Origin: Candidatus Thorarchaeota archaeon
GTDB lineage: Archaea > Asgardarchaeota > Thorarchaeia > Thorarchaeales > Thorarchaeaceae
NCBI GenBank assembly: GCA_016839605.1
Contig: JAEOTX010000043.1
Span: forward strand, 1-34,472
Direction of reading: 5' to 3'
DNA: 34,472 nt
Below, piece by piece: positions 1 to 7,687 of this stretch (position 1 is the first letter of the stretch; each line of letters opens with the position of its first letter). The position numbers and the translations under genes are program-made. Below the pieces are notes generated by a model that was given only the letters and a program-made list of their open reading frames with translations, ran no database searches and was not told the origin of the DNA.

Positions 1-2
1 TC

Positions 3-443
3 AACCTTGGTGTGAAACATGGTGGCCGTGCATATTCTATTGGCATGTGGAACGTTGCATATAGTCGGAGTTTCTTCGGTAAGCACATTTATGGAAAGAT
101 GGCGAAGATAAAGAAAAAGACTGATCCGAAGAACTACATGAACCCTCATAAGGTGTTCACTGGACCACTCAGACTTTCTCTTCGATTGAACCTACTGATT
201 GTGTTTGCAGCAGCAGTGGCAGCACCTATCATCCTCTGGCTTGCTGGATTGATAGTCCCTAGCATACTCAATGCCTATGTGCCTTGGCTGATAATCACTG
301 ACCTGTCGAGCATATTGCTAGCATTTGGACTCGGCATCATTGCTGGAGTTGCAGTAATTGAGATAGCTAACCTTATTCCCATCTCCTTCATGCTAACTAT
401 AGGGGGTCCGTTCCTTCGAATTGGGAGGAAAATCTGGCACTAG
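3..443 (+). CDS. C-terminal fragment of FAD-linked oxidoreductase (GlcD/VAO-type C-terminus) with hydrophobic C-terminal extension; 5' truncated by window
   Basis: Frame is open to the window edge. 'IKKKTDPKNYMNPHK' matches the K..DP..I/MNP.K terminus of FAD-linked oxidases and is followed by 2-3 hydrophobic helices. Confidence 0.6.
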   Translation, partial: NLGVKHGGRAYSIGMWNVAYSRSFFGKHIYGKMAKIKKKTDPKNYMNPHKVFTGPLRLSLRLNLLIVFAAAVAAPIILWLAGLIVPSILNAYVPWLIITDLSSILLAFGLGIIAGVAVIEIANLIPISFMLTIGGPFLRIGRKIWH

Positions 444-455
444 AACCTAGTACTA

Positions 456-1499
456 CTACTCCGGTGGAGTAGACAGGCTCCTATACTGGAGGAGAGTGAC
501 GAAGAGCAATGCAAGTCCAACAACCAACACAATCTCTAGTTGAAGACCTAATCCATGCATGATGTATGCGATTGTGAGATACAGGCCAGTTAGCAGATGA
601 TTCACTACTGTTGCAGCATTTGCAGGAACGAGTACTGGAGTATTGCTGTGATGTTCCATTGCATGACGTGTTGCGAATACTGCTAGAGGCAAGGTGGTCA
701 TTGCGACCAATGCATACAACGATACGAAGTTGAGTAGTATCCCTATTGCTATAGTACCATAGACGCAGGCCATCAAGACTCCATAGCCTGTCGCCGCCTT
801 CTTCTTACCCAGCCGCACAACTATGGTCAACTTTCCAGCTGCCTCATCTGCTGTTGCATCTGGAAACTCATTGATGTACAGCACCGCAGTAATCAACAAT
901 GCTACTGGCAGCGATGCAACGACAGGTTCCCAAGCTACTGTGAGAACTTGAATGTAGTATGAACCAAGAACCATGAGTACACCAAAATTCAGCCCTATAA
1001 ACACCTCTCCATATCCGCGTGACACGAACCTGAATGGTGGAGCTGTATAGAAGAAACCAGAAGCAGCACCAACTATGCCAAAGACCAGAAGAAGCATATC
1101 CCGAGTGAAAGCAAGATAGAGCCCTATCCCTACAGCAATTCCAAAAGCTACGAACGAACCAGTCAAAACCTCACGTGGAGAAAGCCATCCAAGCTGAATC
1201 ATTCTGCTGCCGCCAGTGAAAGGTCTGACATACTCGACGTTGATATCATCGGTTGTACTTATGTGATCGAAATAATCATTGCTGATGTTTGCTCCGAGAT
1301 GAAGGCACACACCTACAACTAGAGTGAGTAGGAATATATCCCAAAGGAAGACTCCATGTATCCCCCACGCCATTGCTGTGCCCAGCAGGACAGGAGTGAT
1401 GCTTGCTGTCAGAAAGGGCAATCGCATCTCAAGCATCCAAATTTTGAGCTTACTTGGTTTCTCAGGGATATCCTGTGGAGATACATCGCCTTCGCTCAT
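456..1499 (-). CDS. menA: 1,4-dihydroxy-2-naphthoate polyprenyltransferase (MenA/UbiA family)
   Basis: Motifs R.PFL.AS, N..NDYFD, D..(x)..FTGGSR, FFYT.PP, G.GE, INE.PD..AD..AGK.T.VVRLG; about 9 TM helices. Start placed at ATG 1499 after GGTGA. Confidence 0.88.
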   Translation of the reverse strand: MSEGDVSPQDIPEKPSKLKIWMLEMRLPFLTASITPVLLGTAMAWGIHGVFLWDIFLLTLVVGVCLHLGANISNDYFDHISTTDDINVEYVRPFTGGSRMIQLGWLSPREVLTGSFVAFGIAVGIGLYLAFTRDMLLLVFGIVGAASGFFYTAPPFRFVSRGYGEVFIGLNFGVLMVLGSYYIQVLTVAWEPVVASLPVALLITAVLYINEFPDATADEAAGKLTIVVRLGKKKAATGYGVLMACVYGTIAIGILLNFVSLYALVAMTTLPLAVFATRHAMEHHSNTPVLVPANAATVVNHLLTGLYLTIAYIMHGLGLQLEIVLVVGLALLFVTLLQYRSLSTPPE

Positions 1500-1590
1500 A
1501 CTCACCAGCGATATCAACGAAAAAGCAGCTCAAGAAAAGACTTCCTGAAAATTACAGTGGTGCTCTATAGCCCCACAACATTGCTCTTTC

Positions 1591-1604
1591 CCGAAACGTT
1601 TAAG
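1591..1604 (+). promoter_or_regulatory. BRE/TATA-like element upstream of polyprenyl synthase
   Basis: cgaaacgtttaag in the divergent menA/prenyl-synthase gap. Confidence 0.3.
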
Positions 1605-1715
1605 GATGCTGCCACCATCCCAAAGCGTTAGTAAGACCAATGCAAGGGTCTTGGAGATGGAGCTTTGCGCGCACCTGAGAAACGAACAACGACAGGACCT
1701 CAGCATGAGGAGAGG

Positions 1716-2696
1716 ATGACATCTGTTGAGGACCTGCTTAGTGATGACAGTCTTCAAACGCGAATGACGCTTATCGACCAAGAAATGAAGAGATTTCTCG
1801 ACAATTATAGAGGTGAGCCCTCAGTCCTCTATGATGCCGCACATCATCTACTCCTTGCTGGAGGCAAGAGGCTTAGGTCATTGATCACCCTTCTTAGCTG
1901 CGAGGCAGTAGGCGGCGATATCCAGAGTATCCTCCCTTTTGCATTGGCAATGGAGCTTCTCCAGACAGCTAGTCTAGTTCATGATGACATCATAGATGAG
2001 GACTTGATGCGCAGAGGCGTTGAAACTACCCACAAGAAGTTCGGCGCGAAAATTGCGGTTCTCGCGGGAGACCTACTGATTGCACAAGCAGTTGAGATTA
2101 TCGGAGAACAGGCAACTCCAGAGCTACTCGTACATCTGGGAAGGGGAGGTATTCGTATGACTGAAGGAGAGGCCCTCGACTTCCTCATGTGTGAAGATAG
2201 TCCAGCATCATTCAACCGGCAGAGGTACTTGAAGGTAATCGAGCAAAAAACTGCGACATTCATGAGAGAAGCTGCACGCGTAGGTGCAATTGTCGGAGGA
2301 GCCTCAGAAGAACAGAAGCAGGCTCTCACTAAGTACGGAGAGATGCTTGGATTTGGTTTTCAAATAAGAGATGACATCCTAGATGTGATCGCTTCGCTAC
2401 AGGTCGCAGGAAAGACTGTGCAATCTGACCTTAAGGGCAGAAGATGCAATTATCCATTAGTACACGCTCTAGAGGTCAGCTCGGAATCAGAACGTCAGAC
2501 AGGCATCGTTGCTCTGAAAGAAGGAGATCTCGCTCCAGTCCTCAAGATGATTGATGAGACGAAAGCTATTCACCATGCTACAGAGCTCGCTAAGACCTAT
2601 GTGGAACGTGCAAAGAGCGTACTTGAGGCTGTGGACCTCAAGAACGACAAGCTGCTGAACAAAGTTGCAGACTTTGTGCTTGAAAGGATTCATTGA
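1716..2696 (+). CDS. trans-polyprenyl diphosphate synthase, probably long-chain type
   Basis: GGKRLR, FARM 'ASLVHDDIID', RRG, KT, SARM 'FQIRDDILD'. Start at ATG 1716 after GGAGAGG (TTG 1665 is an alternative). Confidence 0.93.
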   Translation: MTSVEDLLSDDSLQTRMTLIDQEMKRFLDNYRGEPSVLYDAAHHLLLAGGKRLRSLITLLSCEAVGGDIQSILPFALAMELLQTASLVHDDIIDEDLMRRGVETTHKKFGAKIAVLAGDLLIAQAVEIIGEQATPELLVHLGRGGIRMTEGEALDFLMCEDSPASFNRQRYLKVIEQKTATFMREAARVGAIVGGASEEQKQALTKYGEMLGFGFQIRDDILDVIASLQVAGKTVQSDLKGRRCNYPLVHALEVSSESERQTGIVALKEGDLAPVLKMIDETKAIHHATELAKTYVERAKSVLEAVDLKNDKLLNKVADFVLERIH

Positions 2697-2706
2697 GGCA
2701 CTTGTA

Positions 2707-3906
2707 TCATTCCATGTAGCTTAGCACTTTGACCAGAGTCTTTGATGCGAAATCTACAGGAACTGGCAGTCTACATCTAATCAAATGCTTCAGATATCTG
2801 GGTCCAGCTAAGCGCATACACTGGTCGGTTATTATGTCGGAGGGCATAACCTGGTCGGCAATCCTAAGAATTCTGAGGGCAGCATACAGCTCCTTCCCTA
2901 TCTCCTCCCTCCATGTTTCCTCATAGACTGCAAGCGAAACCCCATCTTTCAAATGACTGACGACGGCTTCTCCAGCTATTTCACCCCCAACTAATGCTGT
3001 GGGAATGCCTCCACCATTGGAGGCCATGACATGACCTGCCGCATCCCCGACAAGAACAGCATTTTCTGAAAACGTTCTATCCACAGGCCCGCCAACAGGA
3101 ATGATGGCTCCAACTCGAGAAACGATGTTTGATTTCTTGGTGCGTGGGGATACAAGTGGATGAAACTGAATGAATCTTCGAAGATACTCCTTCAGCGGCA
3201 CATCCGGGACTCCGAAAAGTCGTCGCATGCCAAAGCCAATGTTGGCTGTGTCATCACCCTTGGGAATAATCCATGCATACCCACCTGGAGCAACTTGTTT
3301 CCCAAAGTACATCTCTGTGGTCTTCGAGTCGCATTCTATCTCAGTGACGACATAGTTTAGAGAAGGACAGAGGTCTCTTCCAGGGTTGTGATAGTGATTG
3401 CCCATTGACTTGGATATGAGAGAGCTTGGTCCATCAGCACCTATCACTACACGGGCATTCATCTCTGCCTTTTTACCCGCTTGCCTCACAATGAGCCTGT
3501 TCGATTTTGATCTCTCAATCACTGTCGAATCCAGCATTATCTTAGCGCCTGCATCCTCAGCTTGATTTGCAATACGCTGGTCAAAATTCGTTCTGTCAAT
3601 AACATGAGCATCAAGTTTGAAATAGAACTCGTTATTCAAAGGAGAAGCGAGCATGAGTCTGCTGGTCCGATTAGTGATGAGCCTATTCGGGATTCTGACA
3701 AGACGTGATGCTCTTGAGGAGTCACGCAAAAGGTCCTGCATCTCTCTGGAAGTAGGCAAGAACTCACCACAATGGATTGGAACTCCTATCTCTCTCCTTC
3801 TGTCAACTACCAGTGTCTTAAAGCCTGCAGCTGCAACCACTCTAGCTGCTGTGCAACCTGCAGGACCTGCACCTACGACAATGACATCATAGGAGTTCTC
3901 AGCCAT
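2707..3906 (-). CDS. geranylgeranyl reductase family flavoprotein (DGGGPL reductase / MenJ-like)
   Basis: YDVIVVGAGPAG, CGE, DR..FD, IGADG, PGGYAWIIP, LVGDAAG, NGGGI. Start at MAENSY (3906). Confidence 0.9.
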   Translation of the reverse strand: MAENSYDVIVVGAGPAGCTAARVVAAAGFKTLVVDRRREIGVPIHCGEFLPTSREMQDLLRDSSRASRLVRIPNRLITNRTSRLMLASPLNNEFYFKLDAHVIDRTNFDQRIANQAEDAGAKIMLDSTVIERSKSNRLIVRQAGKKAEMNARVVIGADGPSSLISKSMGNHYHNPGRDLCPSLNYVVTEIECDSKTTEMYFGKQVAPGGYAWIIPKGDDTANIGFGMRRLFGVPDVPLKEYLRRFIQFHPLVSPRTKKSNIVSRVGAIIPVGGPVDRTFSENAVLVGDAAGHVMASNGGGIPTALVGGEIAGEAVVSHLKDGVSLAVYEETWREEIGKELYAALRILRIADQVMPSDIITDQCMRLAGPRYLKHLIRCRLPVPVDFASKTLVKVLSYME

Positions 3907-3978
3907 AACATAGGGCGCATCCGTCAGACTAAAAAAAGAGTTGGTTGCTCCCACAATGACCCGTGTGAGGCTCTCCAG

Positions 3979-4653
3979 ATGATATCGATACAAGTTGAAG
4001 GACTTACCAGACGCTACGGATACAGAGTCGCTCTAAATGACATATCGTTCGATGTCCCAGTCGGTGGTGTTCATGCCCTATTCGGGAACAACGGTGCAGG
4101 GAAGACAACGCTCATGCGTATCATATCAACACTCCTGCAGCCCCACGCTGGAAAGGTGGCAGTCCTTGGATTTGATACGAAAGAAGACCCCATAGAAGTC
4201 AGAAAGAGGATTGGTGTTGTCGGAGATAAGCCGCTCCTGTATGGCGAGTTGACTGGTAGGGAGAATCTGAATTTCTATTCAGACCTTTACGATCTAGAGA
4301 GTTATACAGCTAGTGCCAGCATAGAAGACCTAGCTGAACAATTCGACGTCAAACGTTGGTTAGATGAACCAACAAAGATACTCTCCACGGGACTGAGGAA
4401 GAGATTCGATATAATCAGAAGCTTGCTACATAGTCCTGACTTGTTCTTACTCGACGAACCATTCTCAGGGCTCGACAAAGACTCCACTCAGGTGTTCAGA
4501 GACTACATTGAAGAAAAACGACAAGACAGAACCGCCATTGTAACTACACACAACTTGTCATTGGGATCGGAGATATGTGATGATTTCATCACGCTGAGAA
4601 AAGGTGAGATTGTAGGCCAAGGGCCAATTTCAGAGTTTGATGGAAACATTTGA
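3979..4653 (+). CDS. ccmA: heme exporter ABC ATPase CcmA
   Basis: Walker A GNNGAGKTT, signature LSTG, Walker B LLDEP, H-loop TTH. Directly upstream of ccmB/C. ATG 3979 follows GTGAGG. Confidence 0.85.
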   Translation: MISIQVEGLTRRYGYRVALNDISFDVPVGGVHALFGNNGAGKTTLMRIISTLLQPHAGKVAVLGFDTKEDPIEVRKRIGVVGDKPLLYGELTGRENLNFYSDLYDLESYTASASIEDLAEQFDVKRWLDEPTKILSTGLRKRFDIIRSLLHSPDLFLLDEPFSGLDKDSTQVFRDYIEEKRQDRTAIVTTHNLSLGSEICDDFITLRKGEIVGQGPISEFDGNI

Positions 4654-4663
4654 GGTGAATGAA

Positions 4664-5386
4664 ATGGGTTCTGGTCTATCATATGCACTTGCAATTGCCA
4701 AGAAAGATCTAGTCACTCAGATGAGGAAGCGATTCGAAGCATTCTCTATGTTCCTGTTCGCGATTATTGCAGTCTTTGTATTGGGTCTTGTTCTGAGTTC
4801 TGCCACCTTTATTGTGCCAGATCCAGAGACAAGACTAATTGTCATGACCGAGATTGGGGCTGGAATGCTGTGGGTAGTAGTGTTTTTCACAGGCATGTTC
4901 GGATTCTCCCCGGTCTTCATCTCAGAGTCTGAAACTGGCACATTGAAGGGATTATCTCTCGCACCCATACCAGCTTGGTCAGTATACCTTGGAAAGGTGA
5001 TCTACGGGTTCATTCTCATGGGTCTGGTCGAGCTGTTCCTGGTACCAATCTCCATGGGACTTCTGGGCTTCACTTTTGCAGCTGACGTGTCACCCATTTT
5101 CATACTTGCAACGTTCTGCCTGGGGACATTAGACTTAGCAGCTGTTGGGGCGATGGCATCAGCTCTGACAATGCCAGCTGAGTCCAAAGCCACGGTCTAT
5201 CCTATAGTGTATTTCCCAACTGCTACTACTGCGCTCATCCTTTTAGTTGAAATCACGAGAATGTTGGCTATCGGAATTCCTTTAGTTGGACCAGGAATCG
5301 TTGATCTATTGATTATCCTTTCAGGACATGTGTTTGCAATGGTAACACTCTCAGCCACAGTGTTCCATTTCACACTTACATCTTGA
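4664..5386 (+). CDS. ccmB: heme exporter permease CcmB
   Basis: AIAKKDL start, LW..F..F..E.E.GTL.GL.LAP, YLGK, 6 TM helices. ATG 4664 follows GAGGTGA. Confidence 0.88.
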   Translation: MGSGLSYALAIAKKDLVTQMRKRFEAFSMFLFAIIAVFVLGLVLSSATFIVPDPETRLIVMTEIGAGMLWVVVFFTGMFGFSPVFISESETGTLKGLSLAPIPAWSVYLGKVIYGFILMGLVELFLVPISMGLLGFTFAADVSPIFILATFCLGTLDLAAVGAMASALTMPAESKATVYPIVYFPTATTALILLVEITRMLAIGIPLVGPGIVDLLIILSGHVFAMVTLSATVFHFTLTS

Positions 5387-5457
5387 AACCATAGGAGAAG
5401 CATAAGGTTCATATTGACTTCAATTATCGAAACGAGCCCAGCAAGGGATGTGAAGAA

Positions 5458-6129
5458 GTGAACACAAAACGGATGGTTCTCTATATCCTCTCACTGATAG
5501 TATCTTTCGTCTATCTCTATATGGTATGGATTTTCGCACCGCCGGAGTTGAACCTTGGGGAAAGGATTAGGATCTTTTTCCAGCACGTGGCTCCAGCCTT
5601 GATAGGCTATCTGGCATTTGGAGTCACTCTGGTTGCGGGAGTAATGTATCTCTGGAAGCAAGACCTAAGATACGATTTGATTGGAGCAGCATCCATCAAG
5701 ATCGGACTGGTCTTCACAACAATTACCTTGTTAAGTGGAATGATCTGGGCTAACGCCAGCTGGGGTGTATACTGGAATTGGGACCCCAGAGAAACGACTA
5801 CACTCATCTTGTGGATCGCATACGCATGTCTAATTGCCTATCGTGCGTCAGTAAATGACAGAGATGTCAGAGCGCAATATGGATCCGTCTTTGGAATCAT
5901 TGCGTTTCCTGCAGTCATTCTTAGTTATATTTCAATCCGCATTTGGGAAACCCTACATCCCATCGTAATTACTGGCGAGGGTCTTCAGATGGGCCCAGAG
6001 CACGGCATGACGCTAATGGTCAGCCTAATTGCTGTCGGTCTTGTCTATCTGCTGATACTTGATCTCACATATCGAATCGATTCGGTTGCTGAAAGACTGA
6101 TGGAGCTTAGAATGCAGAGGAGTGGATAG
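5458..6129 (+). CDS. ccmC: heme exporter / cytochrome c biogenesis protein CcmC
   Basis: WWD motif WGVYWNWDPRET with flanking His residues (FQHVA, TLHP). Confidence 0.93.
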   Translation: MNTKRMVLYILSLIVSFVYLYMVWIFAPPELNLGERIRIFFQHVAPALIGYLAFGVTLVAGVMYLWKQDLRYDLIGAASIKIGLVFTTITLLSGMIWANASWGVYWNWDPRETTTLILWIAYACLIAYRASVNDRDVRAQYGSVFGIIAFPAVILSYISIRIWETLHPIVITGEGLQMGPEHGMTLMVSLIAVGLVYLLILDLTYRIDSVAERLMELRMQRSG

Positions 6130-6517
6130 TATGCAGTCACCGGACATAATTCTCTCAAATGAACTCTTCACAGTTTCAGTAATACTTTGGGTAGGTACCT
6201 TCACACTACTGTTCTGGCTCTTCATTCGGATGCATAGTCTTGACAAGGCAATTAAAACACTAGCACTGGCAGAGAATCAGGAGTTGAACTCTCAGTCAAT
6301 GTCTAACAAGATTGTTGCTTATGTCGCATTAATCTTGGAACTGATCGGTGCTGCTATCCTCTTGTTAGGGCTTATCGCATGGGTTCCAATCCCGCTTTTC
6401 CCTATGTCAATTGTTATTTGGGTCGGGGTCTTCATTATGCTGCTGTGGCAAATGCTAGGCGTATCTTCTCTTGAAGACTCTCTGGCTACGCTGTCCTTGG
6501 AATCATTTCAGGAGTGA
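6122..6517 (+). CDS. CcmD-like membrane protein with two tandem CcmD-like repeats
   Basis: Lies between ccmC and ccmE. Two copies of S..(I/L)WVG.F..L.W......SL....TL, resembling the CcmD family. Confidence 0.6.
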   Translation: MDSMQSPDIILSNELFTVSVILWVGTFTLLFWLFIRMHSLDKAIKTLALAENQELNSQSMSNKIVAYVALILELIGAAILLLGLIAWVPIPLFPMSIVIWVGVFIMLLWQMLGVSSLEDSLATLSLESFQE

Positions 6518-6520
6518 GCA

Positions 6521-6919
6521 TTGATGAAGAAGAAGACAAGAATGATGTTAATTGCTGGTGTCTTAGTAGTGGTCGTAGGGCTGGTCTCATATGCAATGCT
6601 CAATCTATTTGTTGATCCATACATCAGCGTTGACGCGGTGGTGGACAATCCTGATGCGTACAGAGGTAGAGTCATTCAGGTTAAAGGCACACTCCAACCA
6701 GGATCGATCTCTATCAATCCTGGAAACGTGACACTAGTGTTGGAGGGTAACAACTCAACTATCCTTGTAATAGTAGACACCGACCTTCCTTCGTTGACAG
6801 ACGGCCAAGAGATGGCAGCCATAGGTGTACTTGAAGATGGGGAGAATTTAGCCATCCGAGCCTCACAGATACTCACTCAGTGTTCAAGTAAATATACAGC
6901 TGTGACAACAACAGACTAA
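6521..6919 (+). CDS. ccmE: heme chaperone CcmE, Cys-type (System I*)
   Basis: N-terminal TM helix, OB-fold-like body (VKG....GSI), C-terminal 'ILTQCSSKY' = CxxxY instead of HxxxY. Confidence 0.9.
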   Translation: MMKKKTRMMLIAGVLVVVVGLVSYAMLNLFVDPYISVDAVVDNPDAYRGRVIQVKGTLQPGSISINPGNVTLVLEGNNSTILVIVDTDLPSLTDGQEMAAIGVLEDGENLAIRASQILTQCSSKYTAVTTTD

Positions 6920-7548
6920 TCAGATGTGCGCCATTCATCTCCGAATCTTGCCTTCTCATCGGGAGAACGCGGTTCGTAATGCCACGGAACAGGTAGCTTG
7001 GCCACGGTATCCGAAAGAGCAGCAACTCGTTTACCCATCTGCTCCGCCATTCGCATGGCTTCCATGTCACTTCTAATATCGCCGACGTTCATAGCAAATC
7101 CAACTGGCCAAGAAACCCCGCCAGGAACAATCATTTCTTTGACAAGCATGAAGAAAATCAATTGATTAAGAGCAGTATCCGTACCTGATTTCCTTGCTAC
7201 AACGAGCGCAGCTCCAATCTTCCCCTCTAGGTGAGCAAAGCGACCAACTCGGTCCATGAAATTCTTCATCTGAGAGGTGACACTCGCATAATGCACTGGA
7301 CTTCCAAATATGATGCCTTGCGCCTCTGACATCTTCTCAATAATTGGATTTAGACCATCATTCTGAATGCACTTGCCCAGCTCATAGCATTCGAGACCAT
7401 GTTTGCAAGGATTAATCTCTACATCAGCAATCTCAATGAAATCTATGTCGGCACCGAACTCTTCTGCTGCATGAAGAGCTGTTTCAACAAGAATAGAAGT
7501 GTTGCCACCCTGTCTATTGCTTCCGGATATGCCTAGGACTCTTGCCAT
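6916..7548 (-). CDS. iron-sulfur flavoprotein (Isf)/flavodoxin-fold NAD(P)H-dependent FMN reductase family
   Basis: GISGS.R..GNT, Cys cluster PC..G..C.....C, GSPVHY, MKNFMDR, L.GK.GAA. Confidence 0.85.
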   Translation of the reverse strand: MARVLGISGSNRQGGNTSILVETALHAAEEFGADIDFIEIADVEINPCKHGLECYELGKCIQNDGLNPIIEKMSEAQGIIFGSPVHYASVTSQMKNFMDRVGRFAHLEGKIGAALVVARKSGTDTALNQLIFFMLVKEMIVPGGVSWPVGFAMNVGDIRSDMEAMRMAEQMGKRVAALSDTVAKLPVPWHYEPRSPDEKARFGDEWRTSD

Positions 7549-7620
7549 ATTGAAACCTTCAGAGGAATTGGACTTGCGTGATTTTCAGATTGTAACCCAG
7601 TTCTTAAGTTTCGCTATAAG

Positions 7621-7664
7621 AAGAAAGAAAGCAAATGCCACTAAAGTTGTCATTTTAGTGGCAT
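7621..7664 (-). terminator. hairpin plus pyrimidine tract after ccmF
   Basis: Perfect 11-bp inverted repeat atgccactaaa (7635-7645) / tttagtggcat (7654-7664), followed on the minus strand by ttgctttctttctt. Confidence 0.65.
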
Positions 7665-7687
7665 AGATTGTTCTCAAATGGTCCATA

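Noticed and set aside
1530-1781. Small Cys-containing ORFs in the menA/prenyl synthase gap
   Set aside because: They overlap real genes and promoter sequence and have no motif or RBS support.
3772-3993. Overlapping N-terminal extensions of ccmA (Cys-rich) and GGR
   Set aside because: Artifacts of longest-ORF calling; recognisable domains start at 3979 and 3906.
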